From Stellaceae bacterium (GTDB lineage: Bacteria; Pseudomonadota; Alphaproteobacteria; ATCC43930; CGMCC-115725): a stretch of 64,000 nucleotides of DNA. The translations under genes were made by a program, and so were the position numbers. The notes below the pieces were generated by a model. That model made no database searches. It was not told the DNA's origin and saw only the letters and a program-made list of their open reading frames with translations. Below, piece by piece: positions 1-9,832 of this stretch (positions within the stretch are counted from its first letter, which is position 1; each line of letters begins with the position of its first letter). Where the stretch lies: NCBI GenBank assembly GCA_035533255.1, contig DATLUE010000028.1:59-64058 (forward strand), in the 5' to 3' direction.

Positions 1-1
1 A

Positions 2-295
2 TTTTCGTCGCACGCGGGCAGTGAGCAGGCAGGCAGACGTCCGGCCATCGTTCTGACGCCGGAGGCCTATCATCAAAGATCGCGTCTTGCGATTGTTTGT
101 CCGATCACTAGCCGCATTCGCGGCTGGCCAATGGAAGTAGCTCTGCCACCAGGACTACGGATATCGGGCGTCGTGCTCGTCGATCACATCAAGAGTGTGG
201 ATCGCGAAGCGCGACACATGGAAGTCATCGGCCAGGCGCCGCGTGAGGTGCTCGATGAGATCGATGCCCGCTTAGCGCCCTTGCTGAATTTATAA
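2..295 (+). CDS. mazF: MazF/PemK-family type II toxin, 5'-truncated by window edge
   Basis: Frame open from the window edge to TAA at 293-295. The translation ..GSEQAGRRPAIVLTPEAY..IVCPITSRIRGWPMEVALP..GVVLVDHIKSVD.. aligns by eye with E. coli MazF (GSEQAGHRPAVVLSP..VPCTTQSKGYPFEV..ADQVKSIAW). The N-terminus and any antitoxin lie outside the window. Confidence 0.8.
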   Translation, partial: FSSHAGSEQAGRRPAIVLTPEAYHQRSRLAIVCPITSRIRGWPMEVALPPGLRISGVVLVDHIKSVDREARHMEVIGQAPREVLDEIDARLAPLLNL

Positions 296-413
296 GGGTG
301 AGGTTATGAGGCCGGTTCTGGGCGCTCGGGCCTTCGTGCCCTGAGCCGCGCCTAACCCCGCTGGACAGGTTGCGCCGGGAATGTTATCGCACCCTGACAG
401 CCGGGAGGACGGA

Positions 414-731
414 ATGGGCCGGTCGCTTTATCTGATTGTTTTGCTTGGGATTTTGGCGGGGTGCGTACCGATCCATAGCGATCCGTCGCGCGACAAGTTC
501 GGGGTTTCGACGGCGCGGCCCGATGCGGGCGCTGCGCCGTCAGGCGATCCTCAGCTTGCCGCGCTCGATACCAAGTCGAAAGCCGTTTGTACGACCGGCT
601 TTCGCGCCGACGCCCCGACCGTGCAGCCGGCGCAAGCGAGCCAGCAACTCGTCGACCGGAAGCTGCGCTGCGGGCATTACGACCGGATCAATTTCGATTT
701 CGTCCATATGGACTGGGCAAATCTTCTCTAG
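414..731 (+). CDS. hypothetical lipoprotein
   Basis: Track ORF 381-731. The internal ATG at 414 is preceded by GGGAGGA (403-409). N-terminus MGRSLYLIVLLGILAGC carries a lipobox. No family recognised. Confidence 0.55.
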   Translation: MGRSLYLIVLLGILAGCVPIHSDPSRDKFGVSTARPDAGAAPSGDPQLAALDTKSKAVCTTGFRADAPTVQPAQASQQLVDRKLRCGHYDRINFDFVHMDWANLL

Positions 732-761
732 CATTGGCACGATGATCGAACGGGAGGCGGG

Positions 762-1703
762 ATGACGCGCGCCCTGGTGTTTCCGGGCCAAGGGTCGCAG
801 GCGGTCGGCATGGGGCGCGAGATCGCCGGCGCCTTCGCGACCGCGCGCGACGTGTTCGCCGAGATCGACGACGCGCTGAGCCAGCGTCTCTCGCGCATCA
901 TGTTCGAGGGGCCGGAGAGCGACCTCGTCCTGACCGAGAACGCGCAGCCGGCGCTGATGGCGATGAGCCTCGCGGTCGCGCGCGTGCTCGAGATCGATGG
1001 CAAGCTCGATCTGAAGCGCCACGTCGCCTTCGTCGCCGGGCACTCGCTGGGCGAATATTCGGCGCTGGCCGCGGCCTCGGCGCTCGGGGTCGCGGACGCA
1101 GCGCGCCTTCTGAAGCGCCGCGGCCTTGCGATGCAGCGTGCGGTGCCGGTTGGCATCGGCGCGATGGCGGCACTGCTCGGGACCGATATCGATGTCGCGC
1201 GCGAGATCGCGACGGCGGCCGCGCAGGGCGAAGTTTGCGACGCCGCCAACGACAACGGCGCTGGCCAGGTCGTGGTCAGCGGCCACAAGACCGCGGTCGA
1301 GCGCGCGGTCGAGATCGCCGCCGAGCGCGGCATCAAGCGCTCGATCATGCTGCCGGTGAGCGCGCCCTTCCATTGCGCGCTGATGCAGCCCGCCGCCGAC
1401 GCGATGGCGGAGGCGCTCGCCGAAGTGACGCTGCGCGAGCCGCTGGTGCCGCTGATCGCCAATGTCAGCGCCGCGCCGGTGCGCGATCCCGACGCGATCA
1501 AGCGGCTGCTGGTGGAGCAGGTGACGGGCCTCGTACGCTGGCGCGAATCGGTGCTGGCGATGAAGGAGCACGGCGTCCACGAGCTGGTCGAGCTCGGCGC
1601 CGGACGCGTTCTCAGCGGCCTCACCAAGCGCATCGATCGCGAACTGGTCGGCTCGGCAATCGGCACGCCGGCCGAAATCGAAGCCTTCCTCAAGACCATC
1701 TGA
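762..1703 (+). CDS. fabD: malonyl-CoA:ACP transacylase
   Basis: 313 aa. Motifs FPGQGSQ and GHSLGEYSAL. Sits in a fabD-fabG-acpP-fabF cluster. Confidence 0.95.
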   Translation: MTRALVFPGQGSQAVGMGREIAGAFATARDVFAEIDDALSQRLSRIMFEGPESDLVLTENAQPALMAMSLAVARVLEIDGKLDLKRHVAFVAGHSLGEYSALAAASALGVADAARLLKRRGLAMQRAVPVGIGAMAALLGTDIDVAREIATAAAQGEVCDAANDNGAGQVVVSGHKTAVERAVEIAAERGIKRSIMLPVSAPFHCALMQPAADAMAEALAEVTLREPLVPLIANVSAAPVRDPDAIKRLLVEQVTGLVRWRESVLAMKEHGVHELVELGAGRVLSGLTKRIDRELVGSAIGTPAEIEAFLKTI

Positions 1704-1726
1704 AGCCCTCATTCGAAGGATCAGCG

Positions 1727-2464
1727 ATGTTCGATCTGAGCGGCAAGGCCGCGCTCGTCACCGGCGCCTCGGGCGGCATCGGCGGCGCTATTGCCCGCGC
1801 GCTGCACGGCGCCGGCGCCACGGTGCTGCTGCATGGCACGCGCCAAACCGCGCTCGATGCGCTGGCGGCCGAGCTGGGGACGCGCGCGTTCGTTGCGGCC
1901 TCCGATCTCGGCGATGCGGCCGCGGCCGATGCGCTGGTCAAGGCGGCGGACGCGGCGATGGGACAGCTCGACATCCTCGTCAACAATGCCGGGCTCGCGC
2001 GCGACATGCTGGCGATGCGGATGAAGGACGAGGATTGGCAGAAGGTGATCGACGTCGACCTGACCGCGGGTTTTCGCCTCGCGCGCGCGGCGCTGCGCGG
2101 CATGGTGCGGCGGCGCTGGGGCCGGATCATCGCCATCACCTCGGTCGTCGGTGCGACCGGCAATCCTGGCCAGGCGAATTACGCCGCCGCCAAAGCCGGC
2201 ATGGTCGGCATGTCGAAGGCGCTCGCGGCCGAGGTCGCGCAGCGCGGCGTCACGGTCAACTGCGTCGCCCCGGGCTTCATCGCGACCGCGATGACCGAGG
2301 GGCTGACCGAGGAGCAGAAAGCCCGCATCGCGCAGGCGATTCCGATGGGCCGGGTCGGCACGCCCGAGGAAATCGCGGCCGGCGTCCTCTATGTCGCAAG
2401 CGAGGAAGCGCGCTATATGACCGGCCAAACCTTGCACATCAATGGCGGGTTGGCCATGATCTAG
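1727..2464 (+). CDS. fabG: 3-oxoacyl-ACP reductase
   Basis: Start at MFDLSGKAALVTGASGGIG inside track ORF 1235-2464. SDR motifs NNAG and YAAAKAG. Position in the fab cluster supports the call. Confidence 0.95.
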   Translation: MFDLSGKAALVTGASGGIGGAIARALHGAGATVLLHGTRQTALDALAAELGTRAFVAASDLGDAAAADALVKAADAAMGQLDILVNNAGLARDMLAMRMKDEDWQKVIDVDLTAGFRLARAALRGMVRRRWGRIIAITSVVGATGNPGQANYAAAKAGMVGMSKALAAEVAQRGVTVNCVAPGFIATAMTEGLTEEQKARIAQAIPMGRVGTPEEIAAGVLYVASEEARYMTGQTLHINGGLAMI

Positions 2465-2621
2465 CCCCGTCGGCGGGCCTCGCGGTCGAGACCGGGCCGC
2501 CGGCTGGTAATGGCCGGCGATCTATGTTACTTAACCGCCCTTCCGGCTCCGGCCCGTCGCCGAGCGAACGGAAGTCACACACAGCAAAGATTTGCGCGTC
2601 AATTTTGTCGAGGAACGAGTG

Positions 2622-2858
2622 ATGAGCGATGTCGCCGAGCGGGTAAAGAAAATCGTCGTGGAGCACCTGGGCGTCGACGAGTCCAAGGTCACCGACAATG
2701 CCAGCTTCATCGACGATCTGGGCGCGGACAGTCTCGACACGGTCGAACTGGTGATGGCGTTCGAGGAAGAATTCGGCTGCGAGATCCCCGACGACGCCGC
2801 CGAGAAGATCGTCACCGTCAAAGACGCCGTCCAGTTCATCGAAGCCCACCCGGCCTGA
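2622..2858 (+). CDS. acpP: acyl carrier protein
   Basis: 78 aa starting [12 protein letters not shown]. Contains the phosphopantetheine site [12 protein letters not shown]. Confidence 0.97.
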   Translation: MSDVAERVKKIVVEHLGVDESKVTDNASFIDDLGADSLDTVELVMAFEEEFGCEIPDDAAEKIVTVKDAVQFIEAHPA

Positions 2859-2871
2859 CAATCGCACCATC

Positions 2872-4134
2872 ATGAGACGGGTCGTCGTTACCGGTCTCGG
2901 TCTGGTCACGCCTTTGGGCGTAGGAGTCGAGCATGTCTGGAAGCGCCTGATCGCGGGCCAATCCGGCATCCGCGCGATCCAGGGTTTCGACGTCTCCGAC
3001 CTGGCCGCCAAGATCGCCGGGCAGGTTCCGCGCGGCGAGACCTCGGCCGGCGACTTCAATGTCGACGATTGGGTCCCGGTCAAAGACCAGCGCAAGATGG
3101 ACGAGTTCATCGTCTTCGCGCTCGGCGCCGCAACGCAAGCGGTCGAGGATTCCGGCTGGAAGCCGCAGGACGAAGAATCGCGCGAGCGCACCGGCGTGAT
3201 GATCGGCTCGGGCATCGGCGGCCTGCCCGGCATCACCGACGCGGCGATGACCTTGCACGAAAAGGGCGCGCGCCGCATCTCGCCGTTCTTCATTCCGTCC
3301 TGCCTCATCAATCTCGCTTCGGGCCATGTCTCGATCCGCTACGGCTTCCGCGGTCCCAATCATGCTGTGGTGACGGCGTGCTCGAGCGGCGCGCATGCGA
3401 TCGGCGACGCCGCGCGCCTCATCCAATGGGAAGACGCCGATGTCATGGTCGCGGGCGGCGCCGAGGCGGCGGTATGCCGGCTCGGCGTGGCCGGGTTTGC
3501 GGCCTCGCGCGCCTTATCGACCGCCTTCAATGACGAGCCGACCCGCGCCTCGCGCCCCTGGGACCAGGCGCGCGACGGGTTCGTGATGGGCGAGGGCTCG
3601 GGCATCGTGGTGCTCGAGGAGCTCGAGCATGCGAGAAAGCGCGGCGCCAAGATTTATGCCGAGATCATCGGCTACGGCATGTCGGGCGACGCGTATCACA
3701 TCACCGCGCCGGCCGAGGATGGCAACGGCGGATTCCGTGCGATGCGCAACGCGCTGAAGCGCTCCGGCCTCGCCAAAGAGGACATCGACTACATCAACGC
3801 CCACGGCACCTCGACGCCCTTGGGCGACGAGATCGAGCTGGGCGCGGTCAAGCGCCTGTTCGGCGATCATGCCTACAAGCTGTCGATGTCGTCGACCAAA
3901 TCGGCGATCGGCCATCTGCTCGGTGCCGCGGGCAGCGTCGAGGCGATCTTTTCGATGCTCGCGATGCGCGACAGCGTCGTGCCGCCGACGCTCAATCTCG
4001 AGCAGCCGAGCGCCTCCTGCGACATCGATCTCGTGCCGCTCAAGGCCAAGGAGCGCAAGGTGCGGTTCGCGCTGTCCAATTCCTTCGGCTTTGGCGGCAC
4101 CAACGCCTGCCTGATCTTCGGCCCGGCGCCCTGA
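2872..4134 (+). CDS. fabF: 3-oxoacyl-ACP synthase II
   Basis: 420 aa. Active-site context VVTACSSG, and the [12 protein letters not shown] and [11 protein letters not shown] motifs. Confidence 0.95.
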   Translation: MRRVVVTGLGLVTPLGVGVEHVWKRLIAGQSGIRAIQGFDVSDLAAKIAGQVPRGETSAGDFNVDDWVPVKDQRKMDEFIVFALGAATQAVEDSGWKPQDEESRERTGVMIGSGIGGLPGITDAAMTLHEKGARRISPFFIPSCLINLASGHVSIRYGFRGPNHAVVTACSSGAHAIGDAARLIQWEDADVMVAGGAEAAVCRLGVAGFAASRALSTAFNDEPTRASRPWDQARDGFVMGEGSGIVVLEELEHARKRGAKIYAEIIGYGMSGDAYHITAPAEDGNGGFRAMRNALKRSGLAKEDIDYINAHGTSTPLGDEIELGAVKRLFGDHAYKLSMSSTKSAIGHLLGAAGSVEAIFSMLAMRDSVVPPTLNLEQPSASCDIDLVPLKAKERKVRFALSNSFGFGGTNACLIFGPAP

Positions 4135-4135
4135 G

Positions 4136-5116
4136 ATGCGGAAAGCGGCGCGCGCGGCGGGCGGGCTCGTGGCTGTCTTGCTGCTCGTCGGCGGCGCGCT
4201 CGCGATCGGCGCGCGCGATTACCGTGCGCCGGGACCGTTGCCGGCCGCGAAGATCATCGTCATCCCGAAAGGCGCCGGCGCGCGCGCGGTCGGCACGCTG
4301 CTCGCGGCCGCCGGCATCGTCGACAACGGCTATGTCTTCGCCGCCGGCACTTATCTGACCGGTCGGGCGCGCGGTTTGCGGGCCGGCGAGTATCAATTCG
4401 CCGCCGCCATCAGCCCTGCCGCCGCCGCCGAGCTGATCGATAGCGGCAAGGTCGTGCGCCACCGGCTCACCATTCCCGAAGGCTTGACCAGTGCCCAAAT
4501 CGTGGCGCTGGTAGACGCGGCGCCGGCGCTCGACGGCACGATCGATGCCGACCCGCCCGAAGGCACGCTGCTGCCCGACACCTATTTCTATGTGATGGGC
4601 AACACCCGGCAGGAACTGTTGGAGCGCATGCACCGGGCGCTGGAGAAGGCGCTGACCGCGGCCTGGGCGGCGCGCGCCCCGGACCTGCCGCTCGCCAGCC
4701 CGGCCGAAGCGCTGACCCTCGCATCGATCGTCGAGAAGGAAACCGCCAAGCCCGACGAGCGCCCGCGCATCGCCGGCGTCTATATCGAGCGGCTGAAGCT
4801 CGGCATGAAGCTGCAAGCCGATCCGACCGTGATCTACGCGCTGACCGACGGGGGTGTCGTTCCGCTCGGCCACCCGCTCGCTCACGACGATCTCGCTGTC
4901 GCATCGCCCTACAACACCTATCTCGCGAAGGGCCTGCCGCCGACGCCGATCGACAATCCGGGCCTCGCCTCGCTGAAGGCGGCGCTGCAGCCCGACGATC
5001 GCGGCGACCTTTATTTCGTCGCCGACGGCACCGGCGGCCACGCTTTCGCCAAGACCTTGGAAGAGCACAATCGCAACGTCGCCAAGCTGCGCGGCGCACA
5101 GGGCGGCGGCGGATAG
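4136..5116 (+). CDS. mltG: endolytic murein transglycosylase MltG (YceG family)
   Basis: 326 aa with an N-terminal TM. Contains [17 protein letters not shown] and SPYNTYL..GLPPTPI motifs typical of YceG/MltG. Lies directly after fabF, as in many bacteria. Confidence 0.9.
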   Translation: MRKAARAAGGLVAVLLLVGGALAIGARDYRAPGPLPAAKIIVIPKGAGARAVGTLLAAAGIVDNGYVFAAGTYLTGRARGLRAGEYQFAAAISPAAAAELIDSGKVVRHRLTIPEGLTSAQIVALVDAAPALDGTIDADPPEGTLLPDTYFYVMGNTRQELLERMHRALEKALTAAWAARAPDLPLASPAEALTLASIVEKETAKPDERPRIAGVYIERLKLGMKLQADPTVIYALTDGGVVPLGHPLAHDDLAVASPYNTYLAKGLPPTPIDNPGLASLKAALQPDDRGDLYFVADGTGGHAFAKTLEEHNRNVAKLRGAQGGGG

Positions 5117-5150
5117 TTCTCGCCGCCCGTTTCTTGCTATAACCCCCCGC

Positions 5151-6038
5151 ATGACGATTGCCAGCATGACGGGCTTTGCCCGCGCCGAAGGCCAGGATGG
5201 GCTGCTGAGCTGGGCCTGGGAGCTCAAGAGCGTCAATGCCAAATCGCTCGATCTGCGCTTCCGCCTGCCGCCGGGCTTCGATGCGCTCGAGCTGCCGTTG
5301 CGCGGGCTGTTGTCGCAAAAGCTGAAGCGCGGGTCGGTGACCGCCAATCTCTCGGTCGCGCGCAGCGGCGGCGCGGGCAGCTTGCGCGTCAACCGCGAGG
5401 CGCTGGCGATGGTGGTGCGGCTCGCCAACGAGCTGGCCGCCGAGGTCGAAGCGGCGCCGCCGCGCATCGACGGGCTCTTGGCGCTGAAGGGCGTGCTCGA
5501 AAGCGGCGACGACGCGCTCGACGAGACGGCGCGCGCGCGGCAGGTCGGGCTGCTGACCGCGGGGTTCGAGCACGCGCTCGGCGGGCTGGCGACGATGCGC
5601 TGGAGCGAAGGCGGGCGGCTCGAGATCGTTCTGGCCGAGCGGCTCGACGAGATCGCGGCGCTGGTCACAGAGGCCGAGGGCGCCGCAGCGGCGCAGCCCG
5701 CGGCCATCAAGGCGCGGCTCGCGCAATTGATCGCGGCACTGACCGATGCCGTGCCCGCGCTGCCCGAAGAGCGGCTCGCGCATGAGGCGGCGTTGCTCGT
5801 CGCCAAAGCCGATATCCGCGAGGAGCTGGATCGCCTCGGCGCGCATCTGAGTGCCGCTCGCGGTCTTCTCGCCGAAGGCGGTTCAATCGGCCGGCGGTTC
5901 GATTTCCTGTGCCAGGAATTCAATCGCGAGGCGAACACGCTGTGCTCGAAATCGGCCGATCTCGCGCTCACCCGCATTGGCCTCGGCTTGAAAGCGGCGA
6001 TCGAGCAGTTGCGCGAGCAAGTGCAGAACATCGAGTAG
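5151..6038 (+). CDS. YicC/YloC-family protein
   Basis: 295 aa. N-terminus SMTGFAR and C-terminus EFNREANTLCSKS..LREQVQNIE are characteristic of the YicC family. Lies next to gmk, as is usual. Confidence 0.85.
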   Translation: MTIASMTGFARAEGQDGLLSWAWELKSVNAKSLDLRFRLPPGFDALELPLRGLLSQKLKRGSVTANLSVARSGGAGSLRVNREALAMVVRLANELAAEVEAAPPRIDGLLALKGVLESGDDALDETARARQVGLLTAGFEHALGGLATMRWSEGGRLEIVLAERLDEIAALVTEAEGAAAAQPAAIKARLAQLIAALTDAVPALPEERLAHEAALLVAKADIREELDRLGAHLSAARGLLAEGGSIGRRFDFLCQEFNREANTLCSKSADLALTRIGLGLKAAIEQLREQVQNIE

Positions 6039-6044
6039 CGGATC

Positions 6045-6657
<613 letters not shown>

Positions 6658-6683
<26 letters not shown>

Positions 6684-7500
6684 CGACACGGGCGAGCGCG
6701 CAGAATTGCTCGACCGATAGGGTTTCGGCGCGGGCGGTCGGCTCGACGCCGGCGGCCGCGAGCAGCGCTGCGGTGTCGCCGCCGAGCGATTTGAGGCTCT
6801 GGCGCAGCATCTTGCGGCGCTGGCCGAAGGCGGCAGCGGTGACGCGCTCGAGCGCCGCCTGGTCGCAAGGCGCGAGCGGCGCGGCACGCGGGATCAGATG
6901 CACCAATGTCGAAGTCACTTTCGGCGCCGGAACGAAAGCCTGCGGCGGCACGTCGAAGGCCAGACGCACGTCGCACAGCCACTGCGCCAGCACCGAGAGC
7001 CGCCCATAGGCGTCGCTGCCGGGCGCGGCGGCCAGGCGCTCGGCGACTTCCTTTTGGAACATCAGCGTCATGCTCTCGTAAGCGCGCGCATCGCCGAGCC
7101 AGCGGATCAGCAGCGGCGTCGCGATGTTGTAGGGCAGGTTGGCGACGATCTTGCGCGGCGCGGCGACCAGGCGCGCGGGATCGACGCCGAGCGCGTCGCC
7201 CTCGACGATCGTCAGTCGGCCGGGAAAAGCCGCGTCGAGCTCGCGCAGCGCGGCAATGCAGCGCGGGTCGCGCTCGATCGCCGTCACATGCTTGGCCCCT
7301 TCAAGCAGCAGCGCGCGCGTCAGCCCGCCGGGGCCCGGGCCGATCTCGATGATATTCGCCGCGTCGAGCGGCGCTGCCGCGCGCGCAATGCGCCGCGTCA
7401 GGTTGAGGTCGAGCAGGAAATTCTGCCCGAGCGATTTGCGCGCCCCGAGCTCGAAGCGCCGAATAACCTCGCGAAGCGGCGGAAGCTCAGGCGCCGACAG
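6658..7500 (-). CDS. rsmA: 16S rRNA (adenine1518/1519-N6)-dimethyltransferase RsmA/KsgA; start assigned to a CTG
   Basis: Motifs [34 protein letters not shown] and FGQRRKML. The first two lie upstream of the first canonical start (GTG 7285-7287). The frame is open up to the stop at 7552-7554. The start is placed at in-frame CTG 7498-7500, where orthologues begin (inference). Confidence 0.85.
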
Positions 7501-8497
7501 GTTCGGCGACCCGGCGCTCGACGAGCTCGCCGGCCAGGGCGAGCGCGGCGATCAGGCTGGCGGGATTGGCGATGCCTTGGCCGGCGATGTCGCACGCCGT
7601 GCCGTGGTCCGGCGAGGTGCGCACGAACGGCAGGCCCAGCGTGATATTCACGCCGCGATCGAAGTCGATCGTCTTCAGCGGGATCAGCGCCTGGTCGTGA
7701 TACATGCAGATCGCCGCGTCGTAGCGCGTGCGCGCGGCTGCGTGAAAAAGCGTGTCCGCCGGCGCCGGCCCGCTGACCTCGATCCCGAGATCGCGCAATG
7801 CCTCAACTGCCGGTACGATGATGTCGATCTCCTCGCGGCCGATGGTGCCGTTCTCGCCGGCATGCGGGTTGAGACCGGCGACCGCCAATCGCGGCCGGGC
7901 GATGCCGAAATCGCGCTGCAAGGCCGCCGCCGTGATCCGTCCTGCGGTGACGATGTCCGCGGTGCGAAGCTGCGCGATCGCTTCCGCCAGCGGGCGGTGG
8001 ATCGTCACCGGCACGACCCGCAGTCCCGGGCCGGCGAGCATCATCACCGGCGTCACATTCCCGGCGAGCTCGGCGAGATATTCGGTGTGGCCGGGGTGGC
8101 GGAAGCCGGCCGCGTAAAGCGTCTCTTTCTGGATCGGGTTGGTGACGATCGCCGCCGCGCGGCCCTGCTGGACGAATGCAACCGCGGCGGCGATCGCGCC
8201 GATCACGGCCGGCGCATTGGCCGGGTCCGGCTTGCCCGGCACGACCGGCGCCGGCAGCGCGATCGGCAACACCGGCAGGGCGTCGCGGAAGATCGCGGCC
8301 GCTTCTTCGAGAGCCGCGATGGCGCGGATCGGCACGTCGAGGCGCAGCATCGCGGCAAGCCGCGCCAGCCGCTCGGGCCCATCGAGGACGAAGAACGGCG
8401 GCAGGCCGTTCGCGCGCCGCGCGGTCCAGGCTTTCAGCGTGATCTCGCCGCCAATTCCTGCCGGCTCGCCGATGGTCACGACAAGCGGAGCGGTCAT
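7487..8497 (-). CDS. pdxA: 4-hydroxythreonine-4-phosphate dehydrogenase
   Basis: 336 aa from [16 protein letters not shown]. Contains [16 protein letters not shown] and RTSPDHGTA motifs. Its ATG overlaps the surA stop (ATGA at 8494-8497). Confidence 0.93.
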   Translation of the reverse strand: MTAPLVVTIGEPAGIGGEITLKAWTARRANGLPPFFVLDGPERLARLAAMLRLDVPIRAIAALEEAAAIFRDALPVLPIALPAPVVPGKPDPANAPAVIGAIAAAVAFVQQGRAAAIVTNPIQKETLYAAGFRHPGHTEYLAELAGNVTPVMMLAGPGLRVVPVTIHRPLAEAIAQLRTADIVTAGRITAAALQRDFGIARPRLAVAGLNPHAGENGTIGREEIDIIVPAVEALRDLGIEVSGPAPADTLFHAAARTRYDAAICMYHDQALIPLKTIDFDRGVNITLGLPFVRTSPDHGTACDIAGQGIANPASLIAALALAGELVERRVAEPVGA

Positions 8498-9741
8498 CAG
8501 CGAATGTCCACATAGGCGCTGCGACGCAAATCTTGCAGGTAACGGCGCGACATCTGATCCATGCGCGCATGCATAATCTGGTCGTAGACCTGATCGGTCG
8601 AGGGCAGCGCCGCGGCCGGATCGACACGCTGGCAGACCATGATTACGCCGATGCCGCCGCGCGCCGGCACCGGCTTGCTCGGCTCGGAGACTTTGAGGCC
8701 GAGGACGAGGCTCTTCACCTCGGGCGCCAGGTCGCCGGCGCGGACTTTCGGTGTCTGGGTCGACAGTTGCGGGGCTTCGGTCTGCGCGATTTTTCCCATG
8801 TCGCCGCAACTCTTCGCTGTGGCGGTGACGTGCTGGGCCTCGGCCATGACGCGGGCTTGCTCTTGCGGCGGCGCGGTCGGCGCGAGCGGGAACACGACTT
8901 CGACCAGCGAAAGCTGCGTGTCGTCGACCGTCGTTTGTCCGGGCGTCCGGCGCTCGAGCAGATAGAAGATGTAATAGCCGGCCGCAGTGCGGATCGGATA
9001 GGAGATCTCGCCCGGATTCATCTTGGCGATCGCTTCGTCGAGCGGCGGGCCGAACTGGTTCGGCGTGACCCAACCGATATCGCCGCCGGTCGCGGCACTG
9101 GGCGCTTGCGAGAATTGTTGCGCCACCGCCTGGAATGCCGCGCCTTGGCGAATCTGGGTGATGAGCCGGTCGGCAAGCTGCTTCACCTCGGGTTCCTGGG
9201 TCGGATTGTCGATAGCGAGGAAAATCTCGGCGACGTGGCTTTGCGGCTTGCCGATATCGCTCTTCATGCGCGCGAGCTCGTCTTTGACCTCGGCGTCGGA
9301 TACGCTGACATCCGAGGAATAGCGGCCTTCGACGACCTTGTTCCACAGCAGCGACGCGGTCACCTGATCGACCAAGGTGCTGCGGGGAATGCCGGCCGCC
9401 TTCAGATATTGATCGAGGCCGCCCTTCGGCATGTTGTTGCGCGCCTCGATGTTGCTGAGGGCCTTGTCGACCTCGCCTTTGTCGGCCGTGATCTTGTAGC
9501 GCGCGGCCTCCTGAAGCTCGAGCTTCTCGTCGATGAGCTGGCGGAGAACCCGGGGCTGGAGCTGTTGGCGGTTCTGGGGCGTGTCGGGGATGCCCGAGGA
9601 TTTCATGAGCAGCGCCAGCCGCGCACCGACATCGTCGGCGGTGACGATGTCGTTGTTGACGACGGCGGCGATGCGTGTCTCCTGCGCCTGGCAAGCCGTG
9701 GCCAGCGCGAGGATGAAGCCGAGACCGAGCAACCATTTCAT
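8497..9741 (-). CDS. surA: periplasmic chaperone / peptidyl-prolyl isomerase SurA
   Basis: 414 aa with a signal peptide MKWLLGLGFILALATACQA. Position in the lptD-surA-pdxA-rsmA order supports the call. Confidence 0.88.
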   Translation of the reverse strand: MKWLLGLGFILALATACQAQETRIAAVVNNDIVTADDVGARLALLMKSSGIPDTPQNRQQLQPRVLRQLIDEKLELQEAARYKITADKGEVDKALSNIEARNNMPKGGLDQYLKAAGIPRSTLVDQVTASLLWNKVVEGRYSSDVSVSDAEVKDELARMKSDIGKPQSHVAEIFLAIDNPTQEPEVKQLADRLITQIRQGAAFQAVAQQFSQAPSAATGGDIGWVTPNQFGPPLDEAIAKMNPGEISYPIRTAAGYYIFYLLERRTPGQTTVDDTQLSLVEVVFPLAPTAPPQEQARVMAEAQHVTATAKSCGDMGKIAQTEAPQLSTQTPKVRAGDLAPEVKSLVLGLKVSEPSKPVPARGGIGVIMVCQRVDPAAALPSTDQVYDQIMHARMDQMSRRYLQDLRRSAYVDIR

Positions 9742-9832
9742 GGGTAATGCAAATATGATGGGATGAACCGGCGTCTATATAGGTCGAAAGCGCGAAATGC
9801 CCAAGAGGGCAGATCGGCGTTCTTGCCCGGTC

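Noticed and set aside
7487-9736. A 749-aa ORF in the track that spans pdxA and reads through surA in another frame.
   Set aside because: Only the last 336 codons (from [16 protein letters not shown] at 8497) are PdxA-like. The upstream part is Arg-rich nonsense that overlaps the genuine surA frame.
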